A DNA stretch of 63,319 bases, counting the filler, from Vermamoeba vermiformis (taxonomy: Eukaryota): NCBI GenBank assembly GCA_045837725.1. It is 3 parts of 3 records of this genome, joined end to end, with 100 filler letters (N's around TTAATTAATTAA, not from the genome) between each part and the next. Parts side by side here need not be neighbours in the genome. Positions count along the whole stretch, not along the records: positions 1 to 24,527 come from JBEWZL010000046.1; positions 24,628 to 55,420 come from JBEWZL010000058.1; 1 more part is not named here. One strand, given 5' to 3'. A program made the translations under genes and the position numbers. The notes below the pieces were generated by a model that was not told the DNA's origin, did no database searches, and saw nothing but the letters and a program-made list of their open reading frames with translations. Of this stretch, positions 13,357 through 25,207 are shown piece by piece (position 1 is the first letter of the stretch; each line of letters opens with the position of its first letter).

Positions 13357-13934
13357 GCAGCAATTTCCTTTTGCAAGTTCGTATTTAAGACAGTGTAATA
13401 TTAATAAATTGAAACCAAGGTATCAGGATATCTAGGACGTTGAATCAACAATTTCATCTGTAGATCAAATTAATATTACGTAATAATTATCAGATAAATT
13501 CAGAATAATCCAACAATAATTTAAAAAAATCCGTAACTTACAATCACCAACTGAAGTCAATTACAGTCGAAGTAGCGTGAAGGCTCGTCGAAACCAGAAT
13601 TGCTTGCTTACTCCATTGTTGTACTTTGGCGGGTCCCTTACACCTTAATTAGTCTGTTGCATAATTATTTTCATGATTCTTTAGTACAGTTTGTTGTTGA
13701 CTGCAGGAAAGCAAATTAAATTGATCTGGACGAAAAAAGAACTCGAATAATCTCCCTTCCCTCGTGCTTCCTTATTGCTGCCGTGATTTAATTGTTCGTA
13801 ATCTTACTGCCCATGTTTTCCTTCCAGCTAAATATAGTACCAGCACGTGTTCAGATCTGGTGTCAATCTCCAATTCGCTTTTCGCTTTTCACTTTTCACT
13901 TGAAAGCCAGTGAATTAAATCATTTGTCGCACAC

Positions 13935-15094
13935 ATGGAATTAATAAACACACTACGCTTTGGATCCATTGCTGCACTCTTGGTACTAAATGTTATTGTA
14001 AGCCAGATATTTCACGGTCAAATAACATCTGACCAATTTCCATTAGCTGATCGGTGCTCAGCAATGTAGCAACGGTGATTTCATAGTAACCAACGGCCAA
14101 GAGACTCTGCTCAAGATTACTGCGGCAAACGAAGTGTTCACTTGCGATCGAATCAACATCTGCGAAAAAATTAACAACGGTCTTCAAACACTTTCTCTAT
14201 CTTCTGATGGTACTCTATCCGTTAGCAATGGAAATAGCATTTCATTGCCTGATTCAAGTGCAACTAATGAAATCCAGACGTTGTCGATCACGAGCGGCGT
14301 GCTTACAATCTCCGGTGGAAACTCGATTCAACTGCCAGATAATAGCCCAACTAATGAGCTGCAGAATCTAAATTTGGATTCAAATGGCAACTTGGAAATC
14401 AGTGATGGAAACTCTGTTAAACTACCGGATTTCAGTTCAACTAATGAGATCCAGTCTCTCTCTCTCGATGGAACAGGCTTACTATCAATATCTGGCGCAA
14501 ATTCAGTTCAATTGCTTGATACGAGTGCAACAAACGAGCTGCAAACAATTTCTGTATCCAATGGCCAGTTATCGATTTCGAACGGGAACACTGCTGATTT
14601 ATCAGGGCTGAGGACCAACCTGAAGTTCCTTGGATTCTCAGTTAGCATACCTGCAGGTACTCAGAAGACAGGTGGCGAGTCTGTGATTCCCTTCAGTAAT
14701 GTTGAGTGGATTACCTTTCCATCGAATTCGTTTAACACGGCGACAAGTAAGATAACGCGCGTGCTGTTGTGCACAAACTAACTTCCTTTTAGGTACTTTT
14801 TACCCACCTCTTTATGGTTATTATCGTTTTACTGTCCGCCTTTACTCCCCGACCATAAGTGCATCCACTGTCCGAGTGCAACTCTATTGGAAAGTTAATA
14901 CCTCATTGACGATACAGGGACTTTGCGGTAGTCATTTAAGCAACGTTGGAGACTCAGTTTTTCCAAGTTGTAGTCATATCCTTAGCCTGAAAGCAACCGA
15001 TGCTGTTAACGTTATGTTGGGTTCTGACGCTGCCTTTACGTTTGGAAGTACAGTATCAGAATGTCAATGGCAAGCAGAGTTTTTAGGTACTTAA
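13935..15094 (+). CDS. Secreted C1q-domain protein with bacterial-type DxxxTNE(I/L)Q repeats
   Basis: Hydrophobic N-terminus, about 5 tandem ~30-aa repeats (DSSATNEIQTLSITSGVLTISGGNSIQLP), then a gC1q-like domain (IPFSNVE...FNTAT..TFTPPLYGYYRF...LSLKATDAVNV). Confidence 0.75.
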
Positions 15095-15367
15095 AGACAG
15101 TCCAACATGAGCGCAAAACCCAAATAAATTGGATTTTTAACAATTTTATTAGATGATCTCTGTAGCAGGTCTTTTGTTTGATCACTAATTCTCACAAGGG
15201 ACTTTTGGTCAACGATACTGAGTACCGCGTGCAACAGGCGACGTTCAAACAAAAAACAATCGCTACGCAACGAGGCAATTCCGTTGAACTGTATATTCGA
15301 GACAAGCGGAAATGAACTAATTTAACAAAGAAGCTGATCAGCGGAGTTGACTACGTTTATGAACACA

Positions 15368-16621
15368 CTAATCAAGGCCCTCGTCGCCTTTACGCTCGTC
15401 AAATCGTCGCTCGAACTCGTGTTTCTCCTGATTGAGATCATTGTACGATGATAGTGAGATGCTGTAGAGCGTGTCTTTCGTGTTCTCATCGCCTAAATAC
15501 ACATTAGAGCAGGACACTAAGAGTAGGCGATATGAACAGCACGTACCGACTGTGAAGTTGAAATCGAGCTTGATCATGTACAGGATGTCTGAGGCCTCTC
15601 TAACAACCATCTCGAGTGAGGCCGTAAAACACATCTCGCCTTGAAACTCAGTTTTGTGCGGCACTTCGCTGACTTTGTAATTTCCAAACGTCTTTTTGCA
15701 CCACTGTTTGTATTCGTGAAAGGATTTGTCCCAAGTGAGACCTTTCTCTTCCCACTCTCTAAACGTAAAATTAGCCCACGAATAACTCGAGAACGGGTAT
15801 AGTTAAATTATCATGGAAAATATTATTAATTGATTTAGTAAATGTTTTTAAAAGGCGAATGGACGTACGCAGGAATAATGTAGATGCCGCGACAAATGTA
15901 CATTGAAGTAAACATATTGTTATCGCTGTGCACCCAAAAGTTGACCTCGTTAACTTCTACATAGCGCGACGAGCCTGAGGTGCGTGCTTGAGCACCTTTA
16001 GCAGCGCAGAGTTGGGGATGTGAAGTTTTGCCGATGGTAAAGTTAAACAACGGGAAGAGCTTTGTTGCTAGGATTGGTGTTAGTATAGTACACGTTATTT
16101 ATTATGATGGTCGTATTAAATCTTAAAATTTCAAATTGTCGTTGAGTGGAATTCCAAACCCAAGTAAATTAACCGATTAGTTAATTACAAAAATGTAATT
16201 TATCGGGACTTCTAGCCAACAAATATTAACGCGTAAAAATCTTTTATAATAACTCACTGCTGGCCCAATAAAATTTCTTCCACGAGAGATGCTCAGGTTT
16301 TGGTTCGTCTTTGAATTTGAACGCGCATTTACGCTTCCATATATCGCTATCTTCGCTCGTAAAGTGATATAGCAATCTTGACACGCCTGGTACTATTTTT
16401 GCAAGAGTTTTATCTTCCACCAGGAACAAGATCTCGTTCCACAGTTCGAGTGGAAGCATATCCAACTCCTCGCTACTGTCGGGATATGAAATGGGAATTT
16501 TTTCGTACTTATTGGATGCGTTTAAGTTCAATCCTCCCAACGTGTTGCTGATCATGGTTTGAATGTTATCAGCCACACGCCTATCGAGGTCAGCGTTTTT
16601 AGGCTTAATAGAGTTGCCCAT
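15368..16621 (-). CDS. F-box protein with possible N-myristoylation motif (multi-exon)
   Basis: MGNSIK start and F-box LDMLPLELWNEILFLV...VSRLLY...IWKRKC. Downstream exons at about 15835-16050 and 15368-15760; exon boundaries approximate. Confidence 0.65.
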
Positions 16622-17289
16622 ATTAACATAAAAATATCAATTAATATATATTTTGTGGTTGTGGTCGATACAAAACAGACAAAACAATGACTGATCAAAA
16701 AAATCGACGACTTAGCGTCTGGCCTGGGGTCTTTAACCAAGGCGACTCGAAAGTTTCAAACGACTTCCTATCAGTTATCGACGGGTGAAAGCTTGGCGGT
16801 TTTGCACGAGGGAGACAAGAGATGGTCACATTCTTCTTCATTTATCGTGAGAATCTGAGTAGCACAAAAGATACAACAATGATAAATGGGCCAAACATGG
16901 TTCAAAAAATATCTACGATAATTTGGCGCTTTAGGTTGCTTGACTGAGGAGAAGTTAAGATGTGTGCGGAGGTTAGGGCATCCAGCTAAAATCCTGAGGT
17001 AGATTTTAATGATTTTAATTAATTATATTCCAAATTACATTGTAGCCAGTTTATTTTACGGAGATTTGAAGGTTTCGTCCCTAAAATCATTATTTGCTTG
17101 TAATAATTGTTAATTATTAACAGTAATTTACATATGAATTACACATTAGACTTCTTAATCTTATTTAAATCAGCGTAAGGAGAAGTAGATTAAATTTCTT
17201 TAAAATATCTGCCGTCTTCGAAGAGGGTTGTTGCTCGGTGACAATTATTTTAAAAACTAACACTTAGAACAGAAGCACGACGAGCAATA

Positions 17290-19134
17290 ATGGAAAGCGG
17301 TGAGCTTTTCGGACAGCAACATTTCGGCAGTGGAATAAATACCGATCTATTACACTACGTAAGTACAATACTCGTTATTCAGCCAACTCCATTAGTATTT
17401 AAATTATAGTATTTTAAATTCGGTGGAAATTGACAGGCAAAAAATTTCTACGCGACTGCAGTAAAGGCTTTTGCCGAAGGAGATATAGATGCTATTAATA
17501 ATGAAGAAAATATCAGTAAGTAATTATTTCGTATTCAATTACGTTAAACACAAATTTACAACCCGAATCCAGATTCGCAATAAATTTAACTCACTTGTCG
17601 CTCAATTAACCTTAGCGAATTACTAGGCGCCGACGACACGAGCACCAATCAAGGTCAAGATAGCACTGTAATTTCAATCGACTTGTCAAAGCAGCACCAA
17701 ACAATAGAGAATTTTGGCGCATCTGACGCGTGGTCGTGTCAATTCGTTGGTCACTGGCCCGATGCCAAGAGAACAGCCATGGCAGATCTGCTGTTTAGCC
17801 TGGAGACTACTTCCATAGGCCAACCTAGCGGCATCGGCCTCTCATTATGGAGGTTCAATCTTGGAGCTGGAAGTGCGCAGCAAGGCGACAACAGCGGAAT
17901 AACTGACGAGTGGCGCAGAGCCGAGTCATTCATCGGCAAGAACGACGAGTATGAATGGGACCTGCAGGTCGGTCAAATGTGGTTCTTAAAGGCTGCCAAA
18001 GATCGCGGCGTCGAGAAGTTTTTGGCATTTTGCAACAGCCCTCTCGTTAGCTTAACTAAAAATGGAAAAGCGTTTGCAACAGCAGGCCAACCGAATTTGG
18101 CAAAAGAGAACTTCGACGCGTTTGCGGATTACTTGGTGAATGTCGTGAAGGGCGTCAAGAACAAATTTGGGGTGACATTCGATTACCTTAGTCCCGCGAA
18201 TGAGCCGCAATGGGATTGGGGTGGTGGACAAGAAGGCACGCCGTTCACAAACGAAGACATTACGGGCATTGTCACCGCACTCGACGCGGCTATCACACGC
18301 GAGCAGATCGCAACTAAAATCACCATCGTGGAAGCAGGCCAATACAACTTTCTATATTCAGCGCACGGCAAGCCTCGCAGGGGCAACCAAATCGATGCGT
18401 TTTTCACGCCTGGCCCTGTGTTCATTGGAGATTTGCCCTCAGTCGAACAAGTCATCATGGGCCACGGCTATTTCACGACATCACCGTACAATGCAGCAGT
18501 TCAAGTGCGAAGAAAGCTGCATCACAAAGTAAAACAAGTGAATGGCTTGAGACTGTGGCAGTCAGAGTATTGCATTTTAGGCGATAACAATGGCGAAATC
18601 AACGGCAGTCATCGAGATCTTGGCATCAAACCTGCAATCTACCTCGCACGCGTGATTCACAACGATCTCGTCAATGCAAATGCCTCAGCGTGGCATTGGT
18701 GGACAGCGATATCAGCCTATGACTACAAAGACGGGTTGATTTACGTCGACAAGAACAAAACGGATGGCAATTTTGAAGCGAGCAAAATGTTGTGGGCCCT
18801 AGGAAACTTTAGCCGATTCATTCGCCCAGGCGCAGTGCGTGTATCGACAACGATGTCAAATCAATCTGATGTGTTGTCCTCTGCATTCGTGAACAAGACA
18901 GGCGAGTTGGTTGTTGTGCTGATTAATCCGACTTTGAAAACCAAAGAAGTGAAACTCAATTTGACTGGTGCGACATTTCAATCAGCGACTGCGTACGTCA
19001 CATCTAGCAGTACGGATCTGTATCCATTTGCGATTTCAAACTCAGCTGAGCCAATGCATTTAGAGGCCCTTAGCATCACTACAGTTGTGTCAAAATTAAC
19101 ATTGCCGAGCTCATACCGGTGTTGTTTGCTGTAA
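17290..19134 (+). CDS. Glycoside hydrolase family 30 (bacterial-type, Glyco_hydr_30_2-like); 5' start uncertain
   Basis: Uninterrupted ~490-aa exon with QTIENFGASDAW, GIGLSLWRFNLGAGS, WRRAE, acid/base NEP, nucleophile WQSEY, and WALGNFSRFIRPGAVRV. Two short upstream exons can splice in frame. Confidence 0.88.
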
Positions 19135-19505
19135 AAAAAAATAAATCTTTGATAAATGTAGATCAAACAAGAAGACCTCAACTACCGAGGCGTAAGGACT
19201 TATAATTAAGCAAGCCGAACAAGTGCTTAAACTCGCACGTGGCAGCCTGTTGACGTCAATGCTGCGTAAAAAAGAAATCTTAGTGACGTGGCGGTCTTTC
19301 TTTTTTCGCAAACAACAGTATTTATGTTTCGCCCAGCGTCATATTTATAAAAACAGGCTTACTTCCGCACATCTGGTAAGTTATTTTTGATCAAAATTTA
19401 AATTATAATTTTTGAAACGAGATATCCATTAACATTATTGCCCTTGTTGCCTGCTAATATTAATTGACGCTAATAACTTTATTTACGATTTTTTGCGCAG
19501 TGATT

Positions 19506-19744
19506 ATGGCAGCATCCGTTTTTCGAAGTTTGGTAACGAAAATGAGAGCTGTCGTGTATTATCAATATGGCAATTGGGAACAGCTCCAGCTAAAAACTGA
19601 TGTACTCAAGCCACATCCAGTCAATGATGAGGTTCTTATCCGCGTTCGCGCAGTGCCCTCAACCATTCTGACTGGGAATTTCTTACCGGATCTCCCGCTT
19701 ATGTCCGCATGTGGGGCCTCACACGACCAAGTAGACTTTTAGGG
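19506..19744 (+). pseudogene. Truncated, frameshifted MDR-family NAD(P)-dependent dehydrogenase / quinone oxidoreductase
   Basis: MRAVVYYQYG...LKPHPVNDEVLIRVRA, a frameshift near 19654, then ALNHSDWEFLTGSPAYVRMWGLTRPSRLLG. It ends abruptly in TTAGGG repeats where the GroES domain should continue. Confidence 0.8.
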
Positions 19745-19756
19745 TTAGGGTTAGGG
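19739..19756 (+). repeat. Interstitial telomeric repeat (TTAGGG)3
   Basis: ttagggttagggttaggg read directly. Confidence 0.9.
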
Positions 19757-19988
19757 CTTATGCTTCGCTTTTCAGGCCCCTGGATCTCTGACGAAATTTC
19801 ACCGAAATTTCCGGGAGTTGTTCCATGCAGCGAGGGCCGAAGGCCCGAGCGCATAGCACCAAGTCCCATTACATTTGGTGATAGTGATGCAGAGATACAG
19901 GGGCTCGAAGTAGCTGCGGCGCCAGCGTCGTAATGCCGCAATGCCGCAGGCAAATCACCGTTCCCGACACTTTTCGGTTAATTCTCTT

Positions 19989-20022
19989 TTAGGGTTAGGG
20001 TTAGGGTTAGGGTCAGGGTTAG
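19989..20022 (+). repeat. Interstitial telomeric repeat (TTAGGG)4-TCAGGG-TTAG
   Basis: Read directly. Confidence 0.9.
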
Positions 20023-20963
20023 TATACAATGGGATCTTCGGCGCTGTCCGAGGCCGCTAGGCCGAGGGCAGCGCGTCTCAAAATTTGCCCAAATATACTT
20101 CAGAGGAGGCTAATTATGCCCAAATTATGAAAAACAATGAGAAAGTCAAGGTAAATCCGAAATAATTTTGCGAAAATTTGGGTGCCGACGACAAAAACTG
20201 ATGAGAGGGCTGATGACGATGCTGATGACAGGCTTTGGTAAAAAAAGATGATCAGAATAATAAAATAATAGCTTTAATACATGTAAATATGCTGTTACAA
20301 GCTTAAAAATTGATTTTGGAAAGGATTCGGCAAAGTGCGAAAAAAATTAAAATATTCGAATTGCGCAATTGATGTGCTGCTTGTAAAAAAGGTTCAAAAT
20401 ATGAACAAAGAGAATGAAAATGACTGAAAAAGGTGACAAATTTAATAAAATAGCACATCTGCAAATTTGCAGATTTGGTTGCAGAAGGTGCAATTTAGCT
20501 GGTTTCTTTGATACCAGTTACCAGGCAGGCTGTAAGACTGCCTGCAATCAGAGGGAAATGGTATAATTGCATTGATACAATTGTATTTAAAGTGTTTGTG
20601 GAGGCTGTAATAGTTTAGAGGCAGGGATGAAGGCCCTGCCTCCCCTCAAGAAGTGCAAGCAACAGGCACTGACTGGCTCTGCAAATATTTGGCAAAAATT
20701 TAATTGAACAAGATCAAGGCAGGACGTAGTACTGCCTTTAAACAAGGGAAACAAGTGGTAGAACTGAAATAAATGAAGTTTGCAGAGAGTTGGCACTCTT
20801 TTTTAGAAACCTGTTTTGCAAGCAATGGAAATGTATGGGCAACCCTGCTGCGGACCTTCAGAATATGCTCTAATAGGTAGTAGGTGGTGGCTACTAATTA
20901 TTTCAGTTGGTATTTCAAGTTAGCAAGCGTGTTACCCATACTTCACCAATGCTGCCAATGTTA

Positions 20964-22690
20964 GGACTCAAGTTGTTTGATAAACAGCCTCCAAGCAGTA
21001 TTTTTTTTGGCAAACTGAAGTTAAAGTAGATTATTAGACATCCAATGACATCACTATAATAGTGGGTAATCTTAAATCATAGGTGAATATTCAAAATTTG
21101 CAATTCAAATGGTTTTTTTGCTGGATCTGCTAAATTTATTGACCAAACAGGCAATATAAGACATCCCTATAGTATATACTATTAGTATAGGATGTAAATA
21201 TAATAGATAAACTCAAAACATATGAAGAGGAAGCAACCCTGCACTTGGGTAATCAACTGGAGCTGAAATGCAATCGATGCAATCAAATGCAATCAAATGA
21301 AATCGAATGAAATTTTGCAATGTGCAAGACTAGGCAGCTAGGATTTTGGGCACCTAGGATTCCAGGCACCTTGTTTTACCTGTCTGGGCACCTAGAATTC
21401 CATGGGCACCTACTGGGCACCTAGGATTCCGTGAGTGGGCACCTAGAATTCCGGGCACCTAGGATTCCGTGAGTGGGCACCTAGAATTCCGTGAGTGGGC
21501 ACCTAGGATTCCGGGCACCTAGAATTCCGTGACTGGGCACCTAGGATTCCGGGCACCTAGAATTCCGTGACTGGGCACCTAGAATTCCGGGCACCTAGGA
21601 TTCTGTGGCTGGGCACCTAGGATTCCGGGCACCTAGAATTCCTGTGAGTGGGCACCTAGGATTCCGGGCACCTAGAATTCCATGGCTGGGCACCTAGGAT
21701 TCCGGGCACCTAGAATTCCGTGACTGGGCACCTAGAATTCCGGGCACCTAGAATTCCGTGACTGGGCACCTAGAATTCCAGGCACCTAGGATTCCGTGAC
21801 TGGGCACCTAGGATTCCGGGCACCTAGAATTCCTGTGAGTGGGCACCTAGAATTCCATGGCTGGGCACCTAGGATTCCGGGCACCTAAATTTCCGTGGGC
21901 ACCTAAATTTCCGTGGGCACCTAAATTTCCGTGAGTGGGCACCTAGGATTCCGGGCACCTAGGATTCCGTGACTGGGCACCTAGAATTCCGGGCACCTAG
22001 AATTCCGGGCACCTAGGATTCCAGGCACCTAGGATTCCGGGCACCTAGAATTCCGGGCTCCTAGGATTCTGTGGCTGGGCACCTAGGATTCCAGGCACCT
22101 AGGATTCTGTGTCTGGGCACCTAGAATTCCGGGCACCTAGAATTCCGGGCACCTAGGATTCTGTGGCTGGGCACCTAGGATTCCGTGGACTCAAGTTGGT
22201 GGATAAACAGCCTCCAATAAGTATTTTTTTGGCAAACTGAAGTTAAAGTATATTATCAGACATGTAGTAGCATCACTATAATCATTAGATATCTTAAATC
22301 ATAGGTACATATTCAAAACTTGCAATTCATGGAGTTTTTTTACTGGATCTGCTAAAATTTTGATGAAACATGCTATATATGATATCCCTATAGTATCTAC
22401 TATCAGTATAGGATGTAAATATAATGGCCAAACTCAAATGATACAAGAAGGATGCTAGGTGGTGCTTGTGTAGGCCACTGGAGCTGAAATGCAATCGACG
22501 CAATCGAATGCAATCAAATGAAATCGAATGAAATTTTGCATTGAGCAAGACTAGACAGCTATGAGTTTGGGCACTTTGGATTCCAGGCACCTTGTTTTAC
22601 CTGTCTGGGCACCTAGAATTCCTTGGGCACATGCTGGGCACCTAGGATTCCATAAGGAGAGGGGTACCCTGTTGGGCACCTAGGATTCCA
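20964..22690 (+). repeat. Two ~400-bp imperfect direct repeats (starting 20964 and 22187), each followed by satellite units
   Basis: The block ggactcaagtt...taaacagcctcc...caaactgaagttaaagta...aaatcgaatgaaattttgca...caccttgttttacctgtctgggcacctagaattcc is present twice. Confidence 0.9.
21348..22186 (+). repeat. Tandem satellite of the 16-bp unit GGGCACCTAG(G/A)ATTCC with optional ~6-bp spacers (GTGAGT/GTGACT/GTGGCT/ATGGCT)
   Basis: Dozens of near-identical units read directly. Confidence 0.97.
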
Positions 22691-23124
22691 TGACTGGCTG
22701 CCTACTATTTTGGACACCTAGGATTCTGAGGATCTTGAATTCCAATAGCTGAGAGAGTGGTTGGAGAGGGTACCCCTCTCCTTAGGACTTGGGTGAAAAA
22801 AGAATAAAAAATAATTGCATACAGTGGGTTTTGAACCTGCTCCAGGTAAAAAGCATTTTAAACTGCCATATTCAAAAACTTGCAATTGATGAAGCAACCT
22901 TAGTAGTTAACAGAATTGATGGCGGTTTGCTTTGTTAGGCTCCTAATATCATGTATTTTCATTGCCAATCAAAAAAGCTGGAGTTCTGGTTGAAAAGTTT
23001 TCATTCATGAAAAACTAGCTGTTACAAATCACAAAACAATTTTTTTTGTCCAAGTCATTTTGTTGTTTTTTTAAAAACACAGCACCACAAGGGAACCCTT
23101 TTTAAATTTTAAATTGATACTATA

Positions 23125-24527
23125 ATGCAAAATACTTTCAAGGCCTTTGATAAGGATCAAATGACCAGGGAGTTTACTCACTGGCACTCTTTAAATCTTA
23201 GCTGCAAGGAAGTGGACTGCCCTCTATGCTACAAAGAGCTACAGTTCAAGTCAGTGCTGCCTCATATGAAGAACAACTGCTGCTCTGGTATTCTAAGGTA
23301 CTCTCCAGCAACTAGGTACACTATCATTGAATTGTTCTCTGCTACAAATCCCAGGAATAGACCTAAGGTTCATAGCCATAGACCTACTGCTGAGGAGGAG
23401 TTAGGAGGGGAGATTACTAATGTTTTCTCATTCAAATTTGAGGGCACTAAGCTGCTCTACAAAGTAGAAGTCAGGTTCAAAGAGGTCTTTTGGATGGAGA
23501 ATGCTCTGCTCAAGAAGTCAACAGAAGGAAGAAAATGGATTCAAAGAGTCAACAGGTGGAGAAAGAGAGGAGAAATGAAGGAGTCTAAAGAACAGATTGA
23601 AGCAGCAGAAGTAATTAGAACAGACCCAATGAACATGAGAAGAATTCCAAAGCCAATGGCTCAACAGATTGATGAAGAGATTGAAGAATACCACATTCAA
23701 CAAGCTCTTGAGCAACCAGTTGAAGAAGAGAGAGTGAATAAGAAGAAAAAGAAGAAGAACCAAGTGATAAACTGGGCACTGATCAAATCAAAACTGATCA
23801 AGGCTAAGTACTGGGCTGATCTCATAAAAGAGATTGACTCAGAGTCAAATTATAATAATTCAAGGCTATTGTCATCTACTTTAGTCTCAATAATAAGTTT
23901 CTTGATGAATGACTTGAAGGCAAAGTCATTTACTAAATTGACAGACCAATACCCAACTCCTGCAAAGTTCTTTCAATCTCTTGATATTAATAAGCTGTTC
24001 TTTTTAACTTTAGTCAAAAGAAGAACAAGAAAGGGAAAGAAGATGGCTTCAACAGTTTGCTCAAACATTAGCAGTGTCCTTAAGCTACTTAAAATGGTTA
24101 AACTAAATGAAATTGGTTACATTAGGTTAAAACAGTTCAAAGCAGTTAAGAAGTTCTACCTTAATCAAAGGAAGAAAGCAAAAAAGGCAGCCAATGACTT
24201 GAAGAAATACTCAATGAGAATGTCAGTGATGATGGCTGAAGGCAAGTCCAGAAGAGAGCTTTGCAGCTATATCAGAATTCTCAAAGGAAACAATGCAAGA
24301 GATCATCAAGTCAAAAGTTCACTTCAGAAAGAATACCATGGTCACAAAAACAAGTGAGTTAATTTTGAATATAAGTAATCAACTAGAACAAATATCTAAC
24401 TTAACCACTGCTTCAATTAGAGCCACTAAAGCTTCAGAAATGTGAGCAATATCAGCTTTGTTTAATGTGGTCTGTTGGTCTTTCAATTGGCATGCCAAGA
24501 ACTAGCTTCTTTCCCAAGATGGTTCTT
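23125..24527 (+). CDS. Putative tyrosine recombinase (N-terminal Zn finger, chromo-like segment, core-binding helix, first catalytic Arg); truncated by gap
   Basis: 410-aa ORF with CPLC...H....C, a chromo-like EITNVFSFK..TKLLYKVEV...W segment, and ASTVCSNISSVLKLLK. After a frameshift or micro-intron and a GT-AG intron it reads YQLCLMWSVGLSIGMPRTSFFPKMVL, similar to YR box I. Remaining catalytic residues are not visible. Confidence 0.45.
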
Positions 24528-24626
24528 NNNNNNNNNNNNNNNNNNNNNNNNNNNNNNNNNNNNNNNNNNNNTTAATTAATTAANNNNNNNNNNNNNNNNN
24601 NNNNNNNNNNNNNNNNNNNNNNNNNN
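24528..24626. other. Assembly gap with artificial TTAATTAATTAA spacer
   Basis: N runs flanking ttaattaattaa. Confidence 0.98.
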
Positions 24627-25207
24627 NGTAACAATAAAATTACGTTTTTCAACATAGAACGACCACACTTATATCTTAAAGTTATATTTCTGTACAAAGT
24701 GGTCCCTGAATTGACGGCAATTGATGCGAAGTGCCGTAACTTTTGGTTGGTAAGCCAGATGCTGGATTTGTTTTTTCTGATCTTCGCATCACAACAAAAT
24801 TAACGACTAATTCCATCGCGATAAATCATAATATTAATAATAGAGTGCCTCGTAAGCAATTACAAGCACTTTTGAATTATTTTGAATTATTTTTTAAAAT
24901 TAACGCCTCCGATCTGTTCGGCCATTGTGCTGCAACTATTCGGGTCGTACTTTCGATTTGTAACACTCTTATTAATACAATCTTATTGATAGGTGTGCGA
25001 CTTCATATTGAGAAGATTTTGTACAGGCGATTTAGGGGACCCGGACTCTATTGTTTGAGTTTTTTCTGCCATCTTTGTAAACAAATTCCAGTAAATTTCG
25101 CACAATAGTGGTGAGTTATTATCACTTTATACATGGCTAATGATTACTCAGTTTATTTTTGATGTGTTAGATCCGAACCACACGCGACCTCGAAAAGTGC
25201 CTCGGCA

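Larger units (their letters stand above)
19739..24527 (+). mobile_element. Putative tyrosine-recombinase (Crypton-like) element beginning in telomeric repeats; right part lost in the gap
   Basis: Sharp junction truncating a host gene, terminal hairpins, an internal satellite, strong CpG depletion and a YR-like ORF. Confidence 0.5.

Noticed and set aside
20198-20230. Repeated CTGATGA as a hammerhead ribozyme core
   Set aside because: No correctly placed GAAA or stems; it looks like a short simple repeat.
21348-22186. Satellite as a CRISPR array
   Set aside because: Spacers are 0-7 bp and recurrent rather than unique, there are no cas genes, and the context is eukaryotic.
22816-22846. tRNA T-arm/B-box-like sequence (minus strand GCAGGTTCAAAACCCACTGTATGCA)
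   Set aside because: No cloverleaf or A box could be built; at most a decayed fragment.
24572-24583. TTAATTAATTAA as a piggyBac TTAA target site
   Set aside because: It is embedded in Ns and repeated identically in the second gap, so it is an assembly spacer.
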